Source: an archaeon
GTDB taxonomy: Archaea; Iainarchaeota; Iainarchaeia; Iainarchaeales; JAAZKV01
Length of the DNA stretch: 64,000 bases
Assembly: GCA_041650735.1 (NCBI GenBank)
Contig: JBAZKP010000003.1
Span: forward strand, 25,823-89,822
Direction of reading: 5' to 3'
Each line of letters begins with the position of its first letter. The stretch's first letter is position 1. The position numbers were made by a program, and so were the translations under genes. This document shows positions 1-7,192 of this stretch, in pieces. The notes beneath the pieces are model-generated. The model saw only the letters and a list, made by a program, of their open reading frames with translations, did not search any database and was not told where the DNA came from.

Positions 1-134
1 CTATTCATCATTTCCATACTGAAAAAGAAATAAAGGATTTGGAAATACAATTAAAAAAGCCTTTTCAATCCTGGAGCCCTTCAAAAGCAACTAAAAGAAA
101 GAGTTCTTAAAAACAAAACTCTGTTACTTATTTC

Positions 135-962
135 ATGTTTCGTTACATGCTTGCCCCAATGGAGGATTACACTGACAGCGCTTTCCGAACTCTTTGCCAT
201 AATCATGGTGCTGATTTGTGCTTTACAGAGGTTGCTAAAATTGATGGTTTGGCGAGAAGAAACAAAGCTACTTGGAAAAAACTTTCCTGGAAAGACAATG
301 TCCCTACTCAAATACAAATTCTGCCAGGCAAGGATGAAATGCTTGAAAAATTCTTAAAAGAGTTTAAACCAGAGGATGGCTTTAAGGGTTTTAATTTTAA
401 TTTCGGTTGCCCTGCTCCAGAGGTTACAAAAGCTGGTAGGGGTTGTGCAATGGTGAAAAGAGTAACTAAAACAAAAAGGTTAATTGAAATAGTTCGCAAG
501 TACAATTACCCTGTTTCAATTAAGATGCGTTTATCTGAAAATGAATTTGAGAAAAGCGTCAAAGTTTACATGAATCTCATTAATGGCACTAATCCTGATT
601 TTTTTATAATTCATGCGAGAACCGGTACCCAAACCTATAACGATGAACCAGATTACTCTGTTTTTGAGGAATGCGTTTCCAGTGGGAAAGAGATAATTGC
701 TAATGGTAATATTGATTCTAAAGAAAAGGTTGAGGAATTAAAAAAAATTGGGTTAAAAGGAGTAATGATTGGGAGAGGAGCAGTAAGAAATCCCTCAATT
801 TTCAACCTCTTAAAAGGGAAAACCATTCCCCCTATTGAACAATTAAAAAGCGAGTACTCTGTTCTTGCTGAAAAGTATGATTCTGATGCCCGGCATAAAA
901 AAAATGTTTTAATGCGTTTGGATCAAAAGTTTTCCCCAACAGAACTAGGAAATGATGCTTAG
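135..962 (+). CDS. tRNA-dihydrouridine synthase (Dus family, FMN TIM barrel)
   Basis: 275-aa ORF. N-terminal 'MLAPMEDYTDSAFRTLC..GADLCFTE', 'FNFGCP' and 'IIHARTG' follow the Dus-family layout. Confidence 0.8.
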   Translation: MFRYMLAPMEDYTDSAFRTLCHNHGADLCFTEVAKIDGLARRNKATWKKLSWKDNVPTQIQILPGKDEMLEKFLKEFKPEDGFKGFNFNFGCPAPEVTKAGRGCAMVKRVTKTKRLIEIVRKYNYPVSIKMRLSENEFEKSVKVYMNLINGTNPDFFIIHARTGTQTYNDEPDYSVFEECVSSGKEIIANGNIDSKEKVEELKKIGLKGVMIGRGAVRNPSIFNLLKGKTIPPIEQLKSEYSVLAEKYDSDARHKKNVLMRLDQKFSPTELGNDA

Positions 963-1445
963 TTAGTTTAGTATCATTATTGAATAGTTTAAAACTGTTG
1001 CAAAACTTACCCATAAAATATAGGGTATTAACAAGTATGCTGCTTTTTTGTTGACTTTGTAAAAAGAAAGAATTGTAATAATTATTGAAAGCCAAAGGAA
1101 AACTATTCCCACAAAACCCAGGAAAGCGCTTTGCATTCCAAAAAACAAAAAAGACCAAAGGACATTTAGTGCAAATTGGATTGCAAACCAGCTTAATGCA
1201 ATTTTTCTTTCCCGCACAACTTTTTTTCCTTTGCTTTCCCAAATTAGGTATAGCGCTATTCCCATTAATAAAAACAAAATAGTCCAGGCTGGGGCAAATA
1301 ACCAGTTTGGAGGAGAGAAAAATGGTTTTGTTAATGATGCATACCAAACAGGAATATTAGGAATAGTAAAAATGGATCCTAGTGCTCCAATAATTTCACA
1401 GGCAATTACAAAAAAAATAAGAGTAAGCGCTTTTCCTTTGTTCAT
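963..1445 (-). CDS. tspO: TspO/MBR family tryptophan-rich membrane protein
   Basis: 160-aa, five hydrophobic helices, Trp-rich. 'KPFFSPPNWLFAPAWTILFLLMG' is the typical TspO N-terminal signature. Confidence 0.8.
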   Translation of the reverse strand: MNKGKALTLIFFVIACEIIGALGSIFTIPNIPVWYASLTKPFFSPPNWLFAPAWTILFLLMGIALYLIWESKGKKVVRERKIALSWFAIQFALNVLWSFLFFGMQSAFLGFVGIVFLWLSIIITILSFYKVNKKAAYLLIPYILWVSFATVLNYSIMILN

Positions 1446-1515
1446 TACAAAACAAGGTTTTTGTGGTTAATTAAGGTTACTATAAAAAGTATGTCCTAAA
1501 AATAGTGTTATTATT

Positions 1516-1546
1516 AAAAAAAAGAAGTGGGTTCTTTTAGAACCCA
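1516..1546 (-). terminator. Hairpin plus T8 run downstream of the zinc-ribbon gene
   Basis: On the minus strand, a 7-bp stem tgggttc/gaaccca (1528-1534 and 1540-1546) is followed by an 8-T run (1516-1523), 10 nt after the stop at 1556. Confidence 0.45.
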
Positions 1547-1555
1547 GTTAAAAAC

Positions 1556-1714
1556 TTAGTAGTTGTTTCTTGGTTTTTTGTGTTTCTGGTAGCAGTCTCT
1601 GCAGTACACTGGTCTTGATGCATCAGGCTTGAAAGGTACTTCTGTTTCCTTTCCACAATCTGCGCATGTTGCTTTGTGCATTTCTCTTCCAAAATTATCT
1701 TTTCCATCAGCCAT
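1556..1714 (-). CDS. Small CxxC-x17-CxxC zinc-ribbon protein (52 aa)
   Basis: My own translation: MADGKDNFGREMHKATCADCGKETEVPFKPDASRPVYCRDCYQKHKKPRNNY. It matches the widespread CxxC-x17-CxxC domain pattern ('C.DCGKE..VPFKPD..RPVYC..CY'). At under 60 aa it is absent from the ORF track. Confidence 0.75.
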   Translation of the reverse strand: MADGKDNFGREMHKATCADCGKETEVPFKPDASRPVYCRDCYQKHKKPRNNY

Positions 1715-1841
1715 ATTTTATTTCACCATTTTCGTGTCAAACTCACCATTTGACAGTTAATTTATCTTGGAGAAGTATTAAAAACCAAACAAATAAGACT
1801 TTTTCGCATAACTTCCTTTCAAATCCAAAAAATTAATTTAA

Positions 1842-3356
1842 TTAGAAGAATCTGTTTTCTTTATAGTTCGGCGAATCTTTTGTTATTTTAATATTATGTG
1901 GGTGGGATTCCTCTAATCCTGCATTTGTCAATCTGTCAAACTCTGCTTTATCTTTTAGTTCTTTTATTGTTGCTGCTCCTACGTACCCCATTCCTCTTTT
2001 CAGCCCGCCTATATATTGGAATATAACTTCTCTTACTTTTCCCTTGTATGGCACTACCCCTTCAACTCCTTCTGGAACTAATTGTCCTTTGCTTGTTTCT
2101 TCCTGATTGTATCTTTCTCTTGAGCCTTTGTGTACTTCCATTGCTCCTAATGACCCCATTCCTCTGTACCCTTTCCATGGCTGTCCTTGTAAAAAAATCA
2201 TTTCTCCTGGCGCTTCTTCTGTTCCCGCCAGCATGCTTCCCAACATTACTGTGCTTGCTCCCGCAGCTATTGCTATAGTTATGTCTCCTGAATTAGTTAA
2301 TCCTCCATCAGCACATATTGGTACTCCATATTTATCAGCTGTTTTTACACAATCATAAATCGCGGATACTTGTGGGCGCCCTATTCCTGCAATTATTCTT
2401 GTAGTGCAGATTGATCCTGGGCCTTGCCCTACTTTTATTCCATCAGCCCCTGCTTTTGCTAATCTTTCAACAGAATCACTGACTGATACATTTCCCACCA
2501 CCACATCCGTATCAGGAAATTTTTTCTTTATTTCTTTTAGTGTTTCAAAAACAGGTTTTGAATCCCCATGTGCCGTATCAATTACTAGCACATCTACATT
2601 CTCTTCTACTAATTTTGCTGCTCTTTCCAAAGCTTCTTCCCCCGTTCCTATTGCAGCACCCACTCTCAATCTTCCTTTGGAATCAGTGTTATATTTCTCA
2701 GAACTCCCCGTAATTATTCTTTTCACATCAGAAAAAACATATAATCCTGCTAAAATCCCTTTTTCATTTACTAATGGCAAGGATTTTTTCTTTTTGGATT
2801 TCATTGTTTCATAAGCTTTTTTTGCATCAGTTCCTATTGGAACCGTAAGCATTTCAGAAGAAGGAGTCATTATTTGTTTTGCTAAAACATTCTTATCCAC
2901 ACAGAAATCAAAATCATTTCCCGTAATTATTCCTACAAGTTTTTCTTTCCTGTCAAGCACTGGAAAACTGCTAAAGGTATATCCTTTTTCATCCATTCTT
3001 TTTGAGATGAAATCAATTGATTCGTCCTCATAAACACAAATAGGGTTTTCAATTAACCCGTTCAGGTTGTGTTTTACTTTGGCTACTTGGTCTGCTTGTT
3101 CTTCAATTGAAAGGTTCTTGTGTATTACCCCCAATCCTCCTAATTTGGCAAGTGATATAGCCATTTTGCTTTCTGTAACCGTATCCATTGCCGCGCTTAC
3201 AATAGGAATCTTTAGTTTGATGTTTTTAGAAAAAAGTGTTTCCGTGCTCACTGAACTTGGCATTACTTCAGCGTAACCCGTGCGCAGTCTGACATCATTG
3301 AAAGTGAGTGCCAAACCGTCTTTTGCTGCTTGTTCAAGCAAAAACTTTTCCAACAT
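1842..3356 (-). CDS. guaB: Inosine-5'-monophosphate dehydrogenase
   Basis: '[15 protein letters not shown]', '[13 protein letters not shown]', a CBS-pair insert and the catalytic loop '[15 protein letters not shown]'. The track ORF starts at 3416, but the M at 3356 (MLEKFLLEQ...) fits the family N-terminus better. Confidence 0.93.
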   Translation of the reverse strand: MLEKFLLEQAAKDGLALTFNDVRLRTGYAEVMPSSVSTETLFSKNIKLKIPIVSAAMDTVTESKMAISLAKLGGLGVIHKNLSIEEQADQVAKVKHNLNGLIENPICVYEDESIDFISKRMDEKGYTFSSFPVLDRKEKLVGIITGNDFDFCVDKNVLAKQIMTPSSEMLTVPIGTDAKKAYETMKSKKKKSLPLVNEKGILAGLYVFSDVKRIITGSSEKYNTDSKGRLRVGAAIGTGEEALERAAKLVEENVDVLVIDTAHGDSKPVFETLKEIKKKFPDTDVVVGNVSVSDSVERLAKAGADGIKVGQGPGSICTTRIIAGIGRPQVSAIYDCVKTADKYGVPICADGGLTNSGDITIAIAAGASTVMLGSMLAGTEEAPGEMIFLQGQPWKGYRGMGSLGAMEVHKGSRERYNQEETSKGQLVPEGVEGVVPYKGKVREVIFQYIGGLKRGMGYVGAATIKELKDKAEFDRLTNAGLEESHPHNIKITKDSPNYKENRFF

Positions 3357-3455
3357 AAGAAATAACGAAACAAACAGTATAAAATATTTATGTAAGCACA
3401 AAATGAATTTTTCCAATCCTATTCCTATAAATATCTTGATGAGATTTATTCTCTC

Positions 3456-3704
3456 ATGCCTTTTGTTTATCTTCTACAGTGCTCTGACAATTCTTACTAT
3501 TGCGGTTATACTAATAACCTTGAACACAGGGTAAAGGCGCATAACTCCGGAAAAGCAAGTAAATATACTCGTGCTCGCTTACCAGTAAAAATTGTTTATG
3601 CTGAAAAGCTTTCTTCTTTAAGCAAAGCATTGAAGAGAGAATATGCAATTAAACAGCTTTCAAGAAAGGAAAAAATTGGTTTAGTAAAGAATTTCAAGCA
3701 GTGA
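3456..3704 (+). CDS. GIY-YIG nuclease superfamily protein (stand-alone URI domain)
   Basis: 82 aa. 'FVYLLQCSDNSYYCGYTNNLEHRVKAHNSG' carries GIY-YIG-type motifs (the YLL...YYCGYT variant) and the conserved R/E further on. Confidence 0.8.
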   Translation: MPFVYLLQCSDNSYYCGYTNNLEHRVKAHNSGKASKYTRARLPVKIVYAEKLSSLSKALKREYAIKQLSRKEKIGLVKNFKQ

Positions 3705-3744
3705 ATCAATTCCCATTAAATACTCTCCCTAACAATAGTATGTT

Positions 3745-3885
3745 ATGGTTTCAAAAGAAAAAAAGCAAAATGCATTAAATCTTGAACTAATTCAAAAAGA
3801 TAGAGATAGAGCACACGAAGCGCGCTGGTTGAAAAACAAGAGAAGCTCTAATGAACAAAGCATAATGGATGCCTCAAAGAAATAA
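3745..3885 (+). CDS. Possible small ORF (46 aa, K/R/E-rich)
   Basis: ATG-to-TAA ORF found by eye (MVSKEKKQNALNLELIQKDRDRAHEARWLKNKRSSNEQSIMDASKK) in an otherwise empty 270-nt gap. No recognisable family. Confidence 0.25.
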   Translation: MVSKEKKQNALNLELIQKDRDRAHEARWLKNKRSSNEQSIMDASKK

Positions 3886-3974
3886 ATTAATTAAATTTTG
3901 TTTTTTTTAACAGCAGGCACTGTTATGTTGAAGGATATTAATTAACTTTCGCTAATTCTACTTAAATAAAGAAA

Positions 3975-4841
3975 TTAGTAATTTCTTCTTGCTTCCGCTT
4001 CTGCATTGATTATTGCATTATAGGATAAAGTGGTTGATAAAAATAAATCCTGAATAAAAGCAATTGCCGCTTTCCTTCCTTTTTCCTGCCCAAGTTTTTG
4101 GGCTTTGAAGAATACTTCTATTCCACGATTGGTTCCTTCAATGTACTCTTTACCCAAATACTTGTTTGAATAGGGCCTGCTAACCTTTGCAAGTACATGT
4201 AACCTTCTTTTTTGGCTTACCTCTGACTCAATAAAATAACTTATTGCATTGCTCAGTACCTCTACATCAGTTTGCTTTCTTGACACCCCTACTAAATGAT
4301 CTATTAAGTGAATTGTTTCATGGATAAAAGTATTATTAACTCCGCCATGTTTGAGTTGTTTTTCACTAACAAATATATAGTCACCAGAAGCCAATCCAAT
4401 AATTCCTGCCTTTTTTTTATAACCCATGCCCAAGACAAATTTTCCATATTCTTTTTCAGGTAAAATAATTATTCTCTCCGAAAGTCTGTTCCTTAACCGG
4501 TTTATTAAAATTTGGCTCTCCCCTCTATTAGTTTTTTTCATTAATCCTTCCATTAATTGTTTTGGAACAAACTCAAGTGTCTTTTCAATATTTAGTTTCA
4601 TGCTTCTCCAAGCAGTTTTCTTTTTATATTGCACAAACCTTCTTGCAGTCCCTTGTATAAGTTTTAAACGCCTTACACTCCTCCAAACCTCTGCACCCTT
4701 TTTTTTGTTTAAGGATACTCTCGTTCTTCGTGTTGACTGATTTTCTTTTGCCTCTAATGCGCGTTCTAGTTCTTCTCGCATTGGATTCAGGTATCTTGAC
4801 CCAGGAGTACTCCAAATAGTCCTTGCCCCTTGTGGAATCAT
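3975..4841 (-). CDS. Hypothetical protein with an HExxH motif (possible metallopeptidase-like)
   Basis: 288-aa ORF with a basic N-terminal half. 'FIHETIHLIDH' contains HExxH. No family recognised. Confidence 0.6.
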   Translation of the reverse strand: MIPQGARTIWSTPGSRYLNPMREELERALEAKENQSTRRTRVSLNKKKGAEVWRSVRRLKLIQGTARRFVQYKKKTAWRSMKLNIEKTLEFVPKQLMEGLMKKTNRGESQILINRLRNRLSERIIILPEKEYGKFVLGMGYKKKAGIIGLASGDYIFVSEKQLKHGGVNNTFIHETIHLIDHLVGVSRKQTDVEVLSNAISYFIESEVSQKRRLHVLAKVSRPYSNKYLGKEYIEGTNRGIEVFFKAQKLGQEKGRKAAIAFIQDLFLSTTLSYNAIINAEAEARRNY

Positions 4842-4920
4842 AAAAAAACCTTTCTTGACAAAAAATTGGTTAAGTACCTAATAACCTTTGCTTGGCCTTA
4901 TTTTTAAAATAAAAAACTTT

Positions 4921-5031
4921 TTATCTTCTCATCCCATAAACTGATTTGTTTTTTTGTATTTGCCCAAGCTTTCTCTGGAATATAGAATTATTTGAACCCA
5001 CTCTTCTTCCCGATCCTCTTTTTACCGGCAT
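4921..5031 (-). CDS. Possible very small basic protein (36 aa)
   Basis: ATG-to-TAA ORF read by eye: MPVKRGSGRRVGSNNSIFQRKLGQIQKNKSVYGMRR. It lies in a 270-nt gap and is highly basic. Not in the ORF track. Confidence 0.25.
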   Translation of the reverse strand: MPVKRGSGRRVGSNNSIFQRKLGQIQKNKSVYGMRR

Positions 5032-5083
5032 GTAATATCACCTATAAAATAGTTCTTTATTGTAGTATAAAAAAGTTATTATT

Positions 5084-5122
5084 AAAAAAAAAGAATGGCA
5101 AGGAATTTCTTTTATTCCTTGC
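5084..5122 (-). terminator. Hairpin plus T9 run at the 3' end of the DUF333 gene
   Basis: A perfect 9-bp stem gcaaggaat/attccttgc (5098-5106 and 5114-5122) with a 7-nt loop spans the stop codon. On the minus strand, 'cattc' and then nine T (5084-5092) follow it. Confidence 0.5.
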
Positions 5123-5654
5123 ATTCAGCTATTGGGTTGCAGTTAGCATCGCATCCTGAAAATCCCGGTAAATTTCCATCAGAGCATGCGCTTGGAAGAC
5201 CGTCATCAAAAAGCTTTACACAACTCTCATTCTTGCAGCATGTTTTGTCTGTTGTATTCACAATGCATTCTATTCCGCATTCTTTTCTATAGTAAGCCCA
5301 TTCTTCGCATTGTTTTCCATTTGGAAGAGTGCATATTCCTATTTGTCCTTCATTAGTATCAATTATTTCTAATGAACCATTATGGTCAGTGCAATTTACT
5401 GAAGCGGGGTTTGCTAATTGGGTTCCTGCATTGCTGCCAGTGCATGGTTCTTCCCATACTCTTAAGCATTTTTGGGCTAATTCGCACCAGCTGTATCCTG
5501 CTGCAATTAAGCACCCATGTTCATCCTTGTCTCCGCCTATTAACTGAGGTTCATTTCCATCACCAATTTGGATAGGCCCTGTTGTCTGACTTATGCACCC
5601 TGCAAATAGCATTAGTAAAACCAGTGCAGAAACACTTATTATAAAAGTTTTCAT
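5112..5654 (-). CDS. Secreted Cys-rich lipoprotein-like protein with a DUF333 (putative hemolysin) domain
   Basis: Signal peptide with the lipobox-like 'LMLFAGC'. 'ANPASVNCTDHNGSLEIIDTNEGQIGICTLPNGKQCEEWAYYRKEC' matches the DUF333 pattern. The ATG at 5654 is preceded by AGGTGA (5660-5665). Confidence 0.75.
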   Translation of the reverse strand: MKTFIISVSALVLLMLFAGCISQTTGPIQIGDGNEPQLIGGDKDEHGCLIAAGYSWCELAQKCLRVWEEPCTGSNAGTQLANPASVNCTDHNGSLEIIDTNEGQIGICTLPNGKQCEEWAYYRKECGIECIVNTTDKTCCKNESCVKLFDDGLPSACSDGNLPGFSGCDANCNPIAECKE

Positions 5655-5775
5655 TAAAATCACCTAAAAAAAAAGCACTAAACAGGTTTTATTTGTTTGC
5701 TATTTGCCTAGTTGCTGAACAGAGCCATGACCTTAAACAATTTTGTTAATTAAAAAAAAGAAAGCAAGGTTGCCC

Positions 5776-6009
5776 TTACTTTCTTGTTTTCATTATTATT
5801 GCCAATACTAGGATTAATACCGCTAGATTCAAGGCTGGTGCTATTAATTGTCCGGCTAACAATCCATCAAGCACTATTAATATAATGCCTAAACCGTACA
5901 CCATCATGAAGCTTTGCTGGATTTCGTTCTTGTTTTTTCCTTTCTTCGTTAAGTGAACTAATTGTATCGCCCACCCAATTACCAAAAGAGCTAATCCTAC
6001 ATTGAACAT
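5776..6009 (-). CDS. Small membrane protein (2-3 TM)
   Basis: A hydrophobic 77-83 aa ORF. The ATG at 6009 lies inside the TTG-started track ORF. Confidence 0.5.
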   Translation of the reverse strand: MFNVGLALLVIGWAIQLVHLTKKGKNKNEIQQSFMMVYGLGIILIVLDGLLAGQLIAPALNLAVLILVLAIIMKTRK

Positions 6010-6086
6010 GGTTAGTAATAATTCCAACGAATCACCTGCGAAAACAAGGTTTTTCTTTAATTTAATTCTTTTGTTCAGCCTAATTA

Positions 6087-7160
6087 TTATGGTGGGGGGA
6101 GGGCTGCAACGACTTCCATTTCCACAGTCAGATTTGCATTTGTATCAGCAATTACTGCATCGCTAAGAGTTGTATAATATCCTTCTTTAACAAAAGTGCA
6201 TGTGTGAGTGCCGTTAAAAAAATTCCTGTTCATATCCCCATTAACCCCACTATTAGTATCAACTTTAGGCGGCCAGCCTAGTGAATTTAAATCATATTGG
6301 CCAGTGCAATAAGCCTTAACATTACTCAAAGGAGTAACCGTGCCTTTTTCATATATTTGAATAAAAGCCGTGTACCATGGGCGGAACATTGTAACAACAT
6401 AAGGTTTAGCATTTAAATCAGGAACCACTACAGACAAAGTGCTGCTAGTATAGCCACTTTTATAAAAAACACAGGAATAATCTCCAACATTAAAATCAAT
6501 AACAAAATAAGAAACCTGGGTATTCAAATCGTAAGCATTCACATTACAATCCATATTAACATCAATCAAATGAGCTGATGAATTAAAATCAATAACATTA
6601 AAAGTAAGACTTGCTTGGTAAGCCCACAAAAAAGGATCTGATTCGGGCAAAACAACTTCATTAAAATTAACTGAGGTTACTTCTTGGACGCAATCAACTG
6701 ATACAGTAACAGGGAACTGCCTTGGCACCCCTGATTCGGATTTAGCATAAATAATAACCTCACATGATTTTTGTCTACCAATAAATCCTTCACAGGAGCA
6801 CCCGGAACTAACATTGCTTATAGAAAAAATTTTTTCGCTCCCGGGAAGCATTACTGTATCAATATAATTAGTATCCACCCCGTTTACTCTAATTCTGGTA
6901 ATAATCAAATCTTCATTTGAATTATTGCCAAGCCCCACTAATCCATTTCCCTGGTAATCAATAACTGTTCCATCAATACCAATAACTCCTGAAGAGGAAC
7001 TAATTCTTGGGCCTGTAGTATTTACATTAGTGAATAAAAAACCAAATGAAGAAGAAAACAAAACAGTAATTATGAGTGCTATCACTATGATTACACTTAA
7101 AATAATCAAATATTCTATTGTCCCTTGGGCTTTGAAATTCAAAAAATATTTTTTCATCAT
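6087..7160 (-). CDS. Class III signal peptide (archaeal type IV pilin-like) protein with C-terminal beta-sandwich repeats
   Basis: 'FKAQGTIEYLIILSVIIVIALI' fits the class III signal pattern ((K/R)(G/A)|Q.(S/T).E...L). It is followed by a ~110-aa domain shared with the ORFs at 7193, 19592 and 26627 ('GNGLVGL', 'CSCEGF..C', 'SVDC'). Confidence 0.85.
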   Translation of the reverse strand: MMKKYFLNFKAQGTIEYLIILSVIIVIALIITVLFSSSFGFLFTNVNTTGPRISSSSGVIGIDGTVIDYQGNGLVGLGNNSNEDLIITRIRVNGVDTNYIDTVMLPGSEKIFSISNVSSGCSCEGFIGRQKSCEVIIYAKSESGVPRQFPVTVSVDCVQEVTSVNFNEVVLPESDPFLWAYQASLTFNVIDFNSSAHLIDVNMDCNVNAYDLNTQVSYFVIDFNVGDYSCVFYKSGYTSSTLSVVVPDLNAKPYVVTMFRPWYTAFIQIYEKGTVTPLSNVKAYCTGQYDLNSLGWPPKVDTNSGVNGDMNRNFFNGTHTCTFVKEGYYTTLSDAVIADTNANLTVEMEVVAALPPP

Positions 7161-7192
7161 AAATGCAATATTAATATAATCCGAAATATTTT

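Noticed and set aside
3357-3416. N-terminal extensions of track ORFs that begin at upstream TTG or GTG codons. Cases are IMPDH 3416, purF 13993, hxlR 16057, the APC permease 17471, map 28572, the ABC-2 permease 10433, and the giants at 43405 and 61000.
   Set aside because: The extensions add hydrophobic or junk leaders not seen in the respective families. Internal ATGs align with family N-termini or with the paralogues.
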